In this document: positions 1 through 11,746 of the stretch, one piece after another
How the letters are laid out: each line of letters opens with the position of its first letter
Position numbering within the stretch: the stretch's first letter is position 1
Assembly: GCA_013265495.1 (NCBI GenBank)
Contig: MU058213.1
Coordinates: forward strand, 7,394,066-7,458,065
From: Vicugna vicugna
Lineage: Eukaryota
Direction: 5' to 3'
Length of the DNA: 64,000 bases
The notes under the pieces: generated by a model
Seen by the model: the letters and a program-made list of their open reading frames with translations, nothing else
The model's database searches: none
Told to the model about the DNA's origin: nothing
Position numbers and translations under genes: made by a program

Positions 1-1189
1 TAAGATTCAACCTGGGTCTTTCTGCCTTGAATGCTTGAACTCTTTCCAACATGCCACACCGGCTCCTAACTTGTATCTTTCCTAACAAAGCACATGGTTA
101 TCAGTGGGAAGAGAGAGAAACTTCTGGAGAATAGGAAAGAGTTCTGATTGGGGCATGGGCATGAGGCAGAGGGAAATGCTGACACTTTGGTCATTGTTAC
201 TATGTCCCCATCTTTTCATGGAAAAATATAGAGGTTTCTTCTTAAAATCTGCATTTTGGAACTCGGTGGTAAAATTTACACCCCATCCTGCATATGGTAC
301 AAGTTCACATCAGAGAGGCAGGAGACAACAAAGGTGTTATCTCCAGAAGGGTCAAGTCTGAAGGATGCACACACCTAAACTCACGTAAATACCCATGGTG
401 CTTGTCTCCGGAGAGGGTCTCGGTAAGGGTCACCCATACGTCAGCAGGAACGAGCCTTCCACACGCAGAGGGGTTAGGCGCCTCCCGCCACAGACGTGCC
501 TCCACACACAGTCACCTGGCTGCCTCAGGAGCTTAGAAAAGTCTTCTACCTGCGCTGAACAACTTGCCTTTTTTTTTTTCCACCATAAAGGAGTATATTT
601 TGGTTATACCAATTGTGCAGCTCTTCTCTGGTACAAAACTGATGCGTATTCCCCACCCCACCCCTGTCCCATACCATCAATGCCCTCCAGCACACAAGAC
701 GGCTCCCTCTCCAGGAAACACCCTCCTCCCACGCCGATCTTTTTGAACGTTGGTACAACATGTCCATAAAGCCGACTATCCTTGGCAGAGTTTTGAACAG
801 CCATTTCAGTCACCTAAATCTGAGAGAGATAAATTTACAGTCCACTTTAGGTTTATGTGGGGAACCATAAATATCAAGCTTGAGCCCTGAGGGCTAGAAT
901 TTCATGGGCCATTAAGCGTGTCACCAGGTGGAGAGCTGTCAATAGCTGGATGTGAGTCACCCGGAGATGGAACCAGCCCGGCTTAAGAGGGTGCAGCCCC
1001 GATCAGAGAGGGGTACCCTTCCTCCCGGCTCCATCGCGGCCCTCGCCAATTCCTCCCTCCCTCCTCGGAACTCAGTTCTCGTCCCTAGGTCTTTAGGATT
1101 TGTCCCCATGCTAGACACTAGCCTGCCTTTCTCGTACCTGGACTAAAACGCTATGCAAAATATGGAAAGAACCAGAGATCTGCAGCAAG

Positions 1190-1300
1190 GCAGGCTCGGA
1201 TTTAAATCCTTGTTCTGTCATTTGTAGCCATGAAATAATGCACCCGTTACTCAACCTGCCTCAGCTCCAGTTTTTCCAATTGTAAAATTATTAAAGATCA
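1190..1300 (+). mobile_element. MIR SINE fragment
   Basis: ggatttaaatccttgttctgtca...ttactcaacctgcctcagctccagtttttccaattgtaaaat resembles the MIR core. Confidence 0.6.
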
Positions 1301-2479
1301 TTAAAAAAGGTATAATTAGGGCCAATAGGCAGAGGTTGTAGGCAGAGGGATTTCCTGCTTAGTAAACAAAAGAACTTTCTAAAAGCCAGGTTGGCTTCAA
1401 AGTAGGATGGGCTGTATTGAAAAGAAATGAAGAAGTCAGTATTACCACTAGGCTGTGTGCTCACGCTGGGTGCTGGGTGGAGGATCCTGGGAACAGGCGG
1501 GAGTTTAGATCTGGCTCCTGCAAATTTCCCTGCTAATCTTGACATTGGACGATTCTGTGATTTGCATGTGTGTCCTTCCAGAAAAGCCAAGATAAAGCCT
1601 CTCAAAATCCCCAGTGGAGAACAAAGGCTAAATGGCATGAGAAAAATTTTCTTTCAGAAAAATTAATCCCTCCCGTGTCTTTTCCACCTCCATTCAGTTC
1701 GCTGGGAGAGAGTCACATTTCCGCCGAGTGCACAGAACACATTTAACCATTCTGAAACACTTAACGTGTAACGCAGACCACATGGCCATCCATTTTAGTG
1801 ACTTCCCACCACACGAATGGTTCCACTGTCAGAGAAATCAGAATTCTGTGGCTGCCTCCTGCTCTCCTTGTCTCCACCACGTCTCTGCTGGACTAGCTCG
1901 GCAGTGCTTGCCCATCCTGCCCTCGTGCTGTCTGAGCCCACGGCACCTGCCAATAGAGTGATGACAGACTTGGACGCTCACGCAGGTTTCCAACAACAGA
2001 GTTCACCTCGTAATCAGCAGAGTTCAGCCAGTAAGCCCGATCTGAGCGGCACGGGGTGTTTTACCGGGGGTGTTACACCCTGGGCTTTCGTTTCTACAGG
2101 TGATGAACCACTTTGAAAGTAAGTTTTTTGGCTTGCTAGGGGAAGTGATCTGTAAGCCTGCAGACAAATCCCAACGGACTGGGCAAAGCCCAAACCCTTG
2201 TTATAGTGCCTGAGTTTGCCTGGAAAACTGGCTGCCATCTATGAGTCACAGATACAGGGTTCTCCTCTGGGAGCGTGTGTCCCTGTGTTCGTGTGCGTGT
2301 CTCTGAACATGCCCAGGACACGATGTGAATCATAAGTGTCCCTTACAAAGAGGGGCCAAAGTGAATGTCAAGGGTAGCGTCAAACTGGAGGAGGGCCCCA
2401 GAAGATGGGGGACATTGTGCAAGACTAGGGCTGCAAGCCTCACCCCCATCACACGATTGTCAGTACTGACTACGCCTTG

Positions 2480-2620
2480 ATCAGCCAGGCACTGAGGAAG
2501 CAGGTGCTCGTACTCACATCATCCTATTTATCTGGCTTGGTACCATCATCCCCATTTACAGATGAAGCTGAGAAAGGTAAGTGGCCTGCCCACAGCCACA
2601 TCACTCCGAGGTGGTGACAG
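2480..2620 (-). mobile_element. MIR SINE fragment
   Basis: catccccatttacagatgaagctgagaaaggtaagtggcctgcccacagccaca is the reverse MIR core. Confidence 0.7.
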
Positions 2621-3421
2621 AGGTAGATGACCCCATGAGGACGTTTCTGAGGACGCATGACACTGCCTGGCACAGTCTGACTGTACTGTTTGCCTCTGAT
2701 ACTCTATTTCTTGCTATCTGTGGCCAGATTCCTCCCTTTCCAAGTTAGTTCTCTTATTTGCCTACTGTTATAATTTATGCTTCAGATAACCGGGGGCATC
2801 ATTTTTCACATTTGAACTTTCAGAGCTACAAAGCACTTGAGGGACAATTAAAATCCCAACAAGAGCACGGATCCTGCCGGGACACCCCCGACCTTTGCAG
2901 CTGACACTGAAGACGCTGAAGTGCCTTCTCTTCTCCTCCAAGGACAGCAGCCTCTTTGGACAGTTGGGATTTCGAATCTCTATCATCTTAATCAAAGAAG
3001 CAACTGAATAAAGACTCGTTGACCAAAGTTTCTCACAGGCTAAGGACAGAGAAATCTTATTTCTCCTCTTGGCAAATAAAGATTCCAATCCGCTCATATG
3101 GAAATACGGATAATGTGACACTTAGGTTTATACTCTGAAAGGTTTGATGGCGCAGTTAATGTTCGGTCTTCAAGGTAGAGTTTTGTAAGAGGGACATTTA
3201 TTTTTAACCTTGACACAATTTGAATTGGCAATATGAGCAGGCATATTTTCTCCACACATTATTTTCCAAGTGTCTTTCCACTAGAACTGTTTGGCTGGAA
3301 TGAAGCATCAAAAACAAACAAGCAGGCATGTAAGCAAACCAACAAACAAAGGACCTCCTCCATCTCCCTTGTTAGGCAAGGAGAACCTCAGCTCTGTGAG
3401 CTTAGAAATGCTGTCCTTTGT

Positions 3422-3944
3422 TGCACGAGGCTGAAAAGCGGTCCCCGCTCCTCACAAGATGTCCACATCCTAATCTCCAGAACCCGTGACTGTGTTATTT
3501 TTGATGGAGAAAGGGACTTTGCCGATGTGATTAAGTTAAGGATCTCGGGATGGGGAGGTTTATTCTGGATTATCTGGTGGGCTCAATGTAATCACAAGGG
3601 TCCTTACAAGAGGTAGGTAAGAGGGTCAGAGACACAGACACGAAGTGACCATGGAGGCAGAGAGACAGAGTGAGAGACACTGGAAGATGCTATCTTGCTG
3701 TTCTTGAAGATGGAGAAAGGGGCCATGAGGCCAGGAAAGCAGGTGGCGCTAAAGCTGGAAAAGTCAGGAAGCAGACTTCCCCTGCAGGCTAAAGGATAAA
3801 CCAGCCCTGCAGACACGGGGATTTGAGTCCCGTGAAACTGATTTCAGACTCTTGACCTCCAGAGCCTTAAGAGAATGAATGTGGCTTGTTTTTAAGTCCC
3901 GTGCTTGTGGTAACTCACTATAGAAGCAACAGGCAACTAATAAA
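3422..3944 (+). mobile_element. MaLR solo LTR, MLT1D-like
   Basis: agatgtccacatcctaatc...gggactttgccgatgtgattaagttaaggatct...aatcacaagggtcctta...ttgaagatggag...aactaata are hallmark MLT1D blocks. Confidence 0.88.
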
Positions 3945-4035
3945 CTCGTTTATCACTTACTGCCTCTCTTATGTTGAGCATAGTGCTTGGCGTATAATAT
4001 GGACTCAGGAGTTAATATTCACTGGATGAACTGAA
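3945..4035 (+). mobile_element. L2 3' end fragment
   Basis: agcatagtgcttggcgtataatatggactca...tggatgaactga. Confidence 0.55.
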
Positions 4036-4384
4036 AACATAAGCGAAGGGAATCACGAGAGTGGAAGATACTCAATTCATGGCAACATTTTTTGGTTTAA
4101 AAATTCCCTGTTGTTAAGGATGAGAAGAACACTTCTTTAAGGCTCAGCCGGGTGTATGGTTACTCTGTGATCCGTGATGAGACCCCAGACTATAGGCAGC
4201 TTTGTATTAGCTTTTCAGGACTAGCAAACTCCTTCCTGGGAGCAGGTGCAGGAGACCATGGAGCATGATAGACAGCCTTTAGAGGCTAATTGCTTTCAGG
4301 ATATCAACTAGAGTGCTTCCAGGGACTCAAAGCACCAGGAAGACAGGCAGGAAGAAGAGGCAGCGTCCATACTGTCCAAAACAA

Positions 4385-4452
4385 ACACCAGCACCTTGAA
4401 GAACGTCTAGTGTACAGTAGGCACTCAAGATGGAAATGACAGAATGAATGAC
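4385..4452 (+). mobile_element. L2 3' end fragment
   Basis: cagtaggcactcaa...gaatgaatga tail. Confidence 0.55.
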
Positions 4453-5009
4453 ATTTAAAGCCAGTGTATAAACGTGACCCCTCATCCCTGCCCCAGCTCC
4501 CTTCCCAAAGCCTTCTACGGCAGAAGTCAGTCTCCCACCACATCTGCCTGCTTTGCCTCTGTCAGATTTTCCTCATACAAACTAAGGAAGAGCAAAGGAG
4601 AGCAGCCTCCATCCTCAGATACAGACACACCCACCCACCAGCGTGCCACGTGTATTTTGGGCACAGGGGCTGCAGACCCCAGCAGTATACCCCACCTTTC
4701 CTGGGACCCTCTCGCTTGTTCAAATTTTGCAAGCCTTTTAATTTAAAGAAAAATAAATGAAGCCATTCTGGCTGATTGAAGAATCGTTCCCCTAAGGAAC
4801 TTAACACTTAATGATTATAGGAGTGATTTACGGTAATTTCTCCTTCAGGATTCTTTCCGATTTGTCATAGAGGTAAAATCAATACCTTCTACCAAACTGA
4901 AGAAACTGAGATGATTCATCTTTGGAATATGGGAACGGAAGAAAATTAATGATGAAGGCTGAAAATAACTCCAATTCTCCCAATTAAAGCTCTGGCTGAC
5001 TTCTTCAGA

Positions 5010-5195
5010 TCAGAATTTAGGAAGGGAGCGGCCTTGGGGATCATCTAGTCCTGTTCCCTCACTTCACCGCAGATGAGGGAAACTGAGGCGCAGAAGGAGT
5101 TCCTCAGATCACACTGGCTAGGAAGCAGCAATGTTTCCCTGGCAGTGGGGCCCAGGCCTCTGAGTCCCGAATCCAGTATGCATAACCATCTGCCT
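5010..5195 (-). mobile_element. MIR SINE
   Basis: gatcatctagtcc...cagatgagggaaactgaggcgcaga...gatcacac. Confidence 0.8.
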
Positions 5196-5204
5196 TGTTT
5201 CACT

Positions 5205-5330
5205 GGTACAAGGAGTTTGAGGCACACAAAATAAATAGACACCAATCTTGCTTTCAAGGTGTTCACAGTCTAGCAGGGGAGAGAACACCTGTTTATATAA
5301 ATTATGACCCCAAATAAACAGGAAGACGCT
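5205..5330 (-). mobile_element. L2 fragment
   Basis: cttgctttcaaggtgttcacagtctagcagggga. Confidence 0.6.
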
Positions 5331-6093
5331 CTACAAAAGTGGGATAGATTAGAAAGGAATCTTTAAGTCAGTGAACCCTGAAATTAAAAAAAAATTCTTT
5401 TACAATAGTAATCAAACTGGTGCAATAGTGCAATTCTTTTTTGCAAGATTCCCAGAAACCAACTATTTGGACCATAACTTAGTTAAGGATTTTATAACAC
5501 ACTATCTTTGTATCTGAGTATCTGATTTGAGAAAGCAAACGACAGAGCCAGACCACACAGTGCACACTGGGTGAGATCTTCTGGGCAGGTACCTCCCGTC
5601 TGGCCAGGAAAGCCAAACCAAATGAGGCACTGGGGCCAAAAGGAAGGCAGAGTAATGGATCCGTCCGCTGACCACCACCCCAGGAGGCCAAGACACTCTC
5701 TCCTCCCCGTTAGTTGTGGCCAGAGCTAAAATAAAAATAACACACTCAAGCTGTGACAGAGGAACGCTCTTGGTTTGGAACCCAACTACAGAGTATTAGC
5801 AGAGAGAGAGTATGACCCACTGGAGACTCTCTTTCAGGTCTAATGAGAAGAAAAGAAAGACCACTGAAGGGTGGGATTTGTGAGAAATACGGGTCATGTG
5901 TTGGCAGCACATGCTGTTTGCAGAACTGGCCGTGCGGCTTGGCGCACAGCGCCGTGAATGTCAGAAACCACAAATCTCCCGAGTTTCCTGAACAAAGTAA
6001 AAGGCCTCGTCTCCGGATTGCCAGGTGGGAGGTCGGCTTAGGGAAGAGCCCCTGGGTGAGTTCCAGTGCTCCCTGGACACTTCCTAGTCCTCA

Positions 6094-6166
6094 TCCTCTC
6101 CCTCCTCCCTCTCCCTCCCCCTCCTCCTCTCTCTCTTCCCCTCCCCCTTCCCCTCCTCCTCCTCTC
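6094..6166. repeat. 73-nt pure polypyrimidine (CT-rich) low-complexity tract
   Basis: Only C and T on the + strand across this interval. Confidence 0.9.
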
Positions 6167-8369
6167 ATTTTGGATATGGGCATCATGGTGGGTCTGACTG
6201 CAGCTTACGATGCTTCTGCCAAAGCCCCAGAGGAGACAGGCCCTCTCCATGACAACGACCAGCCAGGAATCCATAGGCAGCTTTGGACAATGGGACAAAC
6301 CAGATTTCCACGAACAAAACCACGGGAAGCAGATTCTTTGCCCCTGAAGGATTATGGAAGTTACTCCCTTGTCAGAGTCTGCAGCATCCAAAGGCTCAGA
6401 AAAAGGACTACATCTCCCCGTGGTGACAACAAGGCCACTTCTTCAGACGCCGAGCCACAGCGGGGACTCTTTCAAAACTTCCTGGGAGCCTGTAATGTAA
6501 ACCAAGTACTTTCCTATTTTCATTTGTCCAGTCATACTCCTCTCTGGGATTATCTCGAGCTCTAAAAACTTAAGTAGATGTCTTTTAGTAGGTACAATTC
6601 AAGAAAAAAGTAAAAGGAAAAGCTGGAATGAGTTCTTCAAGTCCCCAGGATTAAGTATACCTTGGACAAGACAAACAGCCACGTCTGTGCACTGCCTTCC
6701 CAGCCACCTCCGCCTGGAACGTTCTCTCAGCTCTTCCTTCATCTTCTTTTATGCTCTGAAATATTACTTAGCTGCATCTGCATCTCAGGTGATTTCCAGG
6801 AGCCCCCAGTTTGGGACGGGGGGAGGGGCTGCGCCATCTCTTTCCTTAGCACTTGTCTCCAAAGCACTTAGATTATGCCCTTTGTGTGGTTTTCTGTCTC
6901 TTCCTCCTCCAAAAAGAGGGGGTGGTGGCAGTGACAGAGATTCAGTCTTTTCTTTCTACGTCCCCAGCACCTCCTACACATTAGGAAGTCAGTGAGGTCA
7001 GGGCAATCCTTGAAGGAACACCCAAGCCCTGTGGCTGGTCTCCCCGCAGACCACATCGACAGGACAAGGTCCTTCTGTCTCTATTTCTATTTCCTCATCT
7101 ATTTGTATAACTACGTTTTTAGGAATCAGAAGGTTGCTCGTTGTAAAACTCCCAAAAAGACTGGGTAAAAATTATTTTATCAGTGCCAGTCTGGTCCTCC
7201 ACTTGATTCCAACGAGCTGCTATCAAGCACGATGCAAAGCAGAGAAAATCAAGCAGGAAGGTTTGCGCTGAAAAGATTTGGGCCACAAAAATTAAGACAG
7301 GATGCTTTTTTTCCATCTGAGGGAAAAATGTCCCTACTCCGGTTATGATGTCTGGAATTTCAGCTTAAAGTACAAAAAGGACTAGGGAGAGGCTTTCCAG
7401 CAGTGGCTGACGGTCCTCATGATGTAACCTGGGCCAAGTGACTCCTCCCGCCAGCCTGGACTGTCACGTGAGCACGCTGACCCCCTCCCGGCGACAGAAG
7501 GTCTCTGGAAGCCGGCGGAGGGAGAACCGGCTGCAGAGCTGCTGCAGAGCGTCACCAGAACCGGATTAAACGGCATCGCTTCGGGGACTTGTCGCACAAC
7601 TCGGAAATGGTGTTCAATAAAAGAAAAGATCATCTGGGGCCACACTACCCGGAATGAACATCTGACACGCAGTCACTGGTCTGGATTTAGAAAACTGCTT
7701 TGATCCCCAGAGAGGAGATTGTTAATGAGTATTTGAAAGGACAAGATTGAGGTAGCATGATAAACGCTGTAAAGGGTACTGGTTTCGAAGGGTTCTCGTC
7801 TCACTTCTGCTTCTGTAAAAGCAGCTGGAGCTGACTCTGAACACGGCACGGTCTACCTCCCTGAGACACTGTCCTCTTCTTGAATATGGGCAGTGGGGAC
7901 AGCCAGGTGAACTCTCTGAGCCATTCAACCCTCAGATCTGCGCCTTTATGACCGTAACGTGGGAAGATTTAAAAACCGAGCAACTAACACTCACACTTTT
8001 TTCCTACCTGAAATGAAGGTGAGGGAATCTTACAATAAAAGACGATTTTTCTTACATGCATCCTAACAGTTTGCACATCATTTTTATAGCAGTGCATGGG
8101 TTTCAAAGAGATTGGTATCAGCTTCCTGAATCTGATGAGCTCAGTGATGTCACCTCTTTCTCATTAAATACTAAGTATCCAAGGTGGTCAAACCTCCAGT
8201 GTAAAAACAATCATCTCATAAATCACAGATGAGAAGGTGAAAAAAAAGTTAATCTGTTAAAAAATGTCAAAATGTCTTATTCAAAAATTGAACACACCTC
8301 TATGTACTCCTCCTCTTCCCCCTGGTAAAACATTTTGTCACTCTGGTTTCACCAATCCCCAATATACTT

Positions 8370-8620
8370 TTTTTCTGGAGCATCTTAGAGTAAAGCTCAG
8401 ACGTCCGGTCATTTCCCCCACAACTTCAGTATTCATCTCTAACTGATAGAGATTAAGGAAAAACAAAAACAAAAAAACCCACCATGGCCTTATTACACCT
8501 GACAATATTTTTAAAAAATCCCTAATATCACCTAAATTACCAGTCCATATTCAAATTTCATCACTCATCTAAAAAATTCTTTTCCAGTTTTAGCTTGAAT
8601 CAGCATCTAAACAAAGGCAG
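8370..8620 (-). mobile_element. Old L1 (L1MC4/5-like) 3' fragment
   Basis: acttcagtattcatctctaa...ctaatatcacctaa...ccagtccatattcaaattt...gaatcagcatctaaacaa. Confidence 0.7.
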
Positions 8621-11289
8621 AGGTGAAACTGATTTCACCCAGTTCACAAACCTTTGTCTCTGAAATGTTTCTTTCAGACACTGACATTCCTTGGACACAG
8701 CGTATCTGGACACAGATAATGCGAAGGCCACTTTCATTGCTACTAACTATTTCGTTATTTGAAATACTTTATTCTATGACTCAGATACAAATGTGGTTAA
8801 AGACTCACCACTGGAAAAATAGCAAATAATTCTCATAGTTTTCTCAAATACGTGAACAACGTGGGCAACTTTAAGTGCATGCTTTAAAGAGACTGTGTTC
8901 AACTTTATAACATTCCTGGGAAGACTCCATCTGACAAACCCTCGTGGCCTCTATTTTACCCAGATGAAAGCTGAATTTCCTCAACCATACAGCAGTCCAG
9001 TAGCAAACGGAGCATTTTCAGTTGTAGCTTCATCTGCACTTCAAAAAAGAGACATCTGGAGGAACATGGTGACAGAGAGGCCAGCTTCATAAATAGGGCT
9101 GGGAGCTTTAAACGGTCATAGACGGACTCTGGGGAAGGAGGAAGGTGAACAGTTTCTCTATTCAGGCCTCTCTGGTAACACACAGGCAGGCGCTGCCGTG
9201 ACTCATAACTAGAAATACTGTTTTATAACAGGAGTCTGTGTTTTGTAACACACACCGAAACAAACAAACAAAAAAGACTGTTTAGAAACTAAAACCAAGC
9301 CCTGCATCTGGGCTTTGGTATCAAGATCTCAGAGTGTCAGAGTGGCTATTTAATCCAGGTGGAGTCAGCCAGGCCTATCCCCTCCCTCGGCAAGAGAGCG
9401 GTGGCTTCCTGCTGGCTGCGCATGGCCACACCAGGAGCAACCATGAATTGCATTTTCTTCAAACAGAAGCATTTTCAGACTTGTGTTTTCCTGGACAGCT
9501 GCCTGGTGGCTGTAATACATAATAAGGGCGTGTAATTGACAGTAATGTGAATCACTCACAGATTCTGGCAAAAAACAAAAAACCAAAAAAACCCCAAAAA
9601 ACCAGAGCTGTTTTTTTTTTTCCAGGAAATTTAAGGAACAGATTCTTCCTGTCTATTGAAAATAGTCATTACTTTACATGTCAGCTCATTAGCTACCTTT
9701 ATAAAAAAAAATTCCTGTAATTTGCACTATCAGCATGTGTTGTAAAAACGTGGGGTGGGTCGGGGCAGACATAATCCATGAAATGGCAAATTTAGATGGG
9801 TTACCTGGTATAGCAAGTATGGGGTTCTTCTCCCAAGAGCGAGTTACAGGAGACTGTCCTCCCAATGATTTTGCCACTTGAAAAGTTGCCAGCTGCCAGG
9901 ACCTTGTAATTATTATGGTAATACCCAGGGCAGCCTGGTCAGGCTGCCCCTGATATCCACGGGCAGCTTCCGAACCCCTTTCACGAGACCTCAGACACAG
10001 GCATCTCCAGAATAATGGCCAGAGATTTTCCCAGGTAGGAGCTGCTGGGACCAGGGAAGCTTTCAGACAAGGTAAAGGGTTTCTCCAATCTATTAATTCT
10101 CCTTGAATAAAGGAAAGAATAATCTGAATTCACTTCACTATCAACCTGAAAGGGCCCCCCTTTTCCAAGGCAGAGGCACAGAAATTAAGCCCTGGAAAGC
10201 CACGAAGACTGAATTCCATTGAGATAAACCTGGACTCCATCTGAACTTGTCAGGTTCAGACGTTCGTCTGAATCTTCAGCACCTGTGAACCCTTGTTCAG
10301 ATCTGCAGGGTGTCTTGGGCTCCTGGTTCTGGAGGGAGTCGGGGTGTCCTCAACTGTGGAAGCCTCAGAAACGGGGATTTAGAATGTTGGGGTTCGTGTT
10401 GAGGGGATGTATTTTGAATCAAGGTGGAAAGAGTGGAAACACTTGGGTCTTTCCTTCCGTATACAATACCCCATGAGGACAGTTTGGATTGATTTTCCGA
10501 GACTGGGATCTCTCATTCTTAGAAGTAAAACTAAGTCAAATTGCTCTAAATCAGAAGTTATGTTGCGATTTTAAGGAATGAAACTAAAATTCATTCGGTA
10601 CTTTATCACTAATTATTACCAAGAAGCTTTTTCTTCTGCTGTATCAGTTGGGGGCTGGGACTAGCACTCATGACGGTTCTCATCACTGACAGCCGCCACT
10701 TAATCTCCAACTTAATTCTGAGTTCATTTGCAAGTAGCTGCTACCAGGCAAAATGAGGGTGGAGTCCCATGAACCGCTAAAAAGAGAGACTTATTATGTA
10801 CATAAATCAGGCCCTGCAAAATATTCCAGATACTTTATCTCAATTACACAACAGTAGCAGACTGTCAGAATCTGAGAAGTAACATGTAAGATGTATAACT
10901 AGTTCTTTGCAGGCCTGCTCTTTCTTCCAAATGAAATCATTTTACAGGAGCCCAAAGAGTTGGAAAAGTGTTCTTTATTTTTATGATTGAGAAAAATGTG
11001 TTAACTCTCTGGAATGTCCATGTGTGGAAAAAGAAAACATTCTATGGAATTGCACACACACGATTTATAATGCACATATCCAGGACCAGAAATCCCAACC
11101 AAGAACCTTATTCAACAGAAAAAAAAATTTTTTTTCTTTAGCATTTGCAATTCTGGTATACCATAAATGCTGAGGCCAAGCATATATTTTATTAGTTTAA
11201 ATCCTAGCTAAGCAATAAAATGTGTGCCGTTTCAAATAAAGAAAACTTGTTTTTCCCCAAAGTTACATTGCAGGTCTATTTTGGCCCCC

Positions 11290-11746
11290 TGCTGTGATGC
11301 TATGGGGTGCCACCCAGATCCCTCCCTTTGGGATGGAGGCCCTGATGTCCCCTATGGAGTCTTGACGGCCAATGGCTCACGGCTGAGTTGTTCTCTGAGC
11401 CTTGTCTTTAGCTCAAGTGGGCTGCCTTGCCCAAGACGGTGCCCTTCTCTGGGGGCATCTGGGATCCGGGGGCAGCTGGGATCCAGGGGCTGCTGGATGC
11501 AGGGCAAAATATCCAGCCCTTTTGCCTCGATCTGGGACGTCTCCCAAAGGCTATTTCTCTGTTCTGATCTCTCCGTGGCATCTGCTGAACTCAGGGTGCA
11601 ACTGTATGACAGTTCAATTTCTCCTGCCCAGTACAGCTTCCTTCACCCCTTAAAGATGTTTTTCCTAAGGACACCCCCCAATCAACTTCCTATTCATAAA
11701 TCTCGGAGTCTCAGAGTCTCTTCTCTGGGGAACCCAATCTAAGATA
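11290..11746 (+). mobile_element. ERVL solo LTR, LTR16C-like
   Basis: Starts gatgctatggggtgccacccagatccc; contains ctgccttgcccaag and tttgcctcgatctgggac; ends ctcagagtctc...gggaacccaatctaagata. Confidence 0.8.

Noticed and set aside
5843..6565. Longest ORF (240 aa)
   Set aside because: Its length is driven by a CT low-complexity tract (poly-Pro/Ser); it has no recognisable domain and is antisense within an intron
10205..10310. actgaattccat resembling miR-146, with small local hairpins
   Set aside because: Seed region does not match and there is no full pre-miRNA hairpin
11224..11742. 172-aa ORF
   Set aside because: Lies almost entirely within an LTR16-like solo LTR
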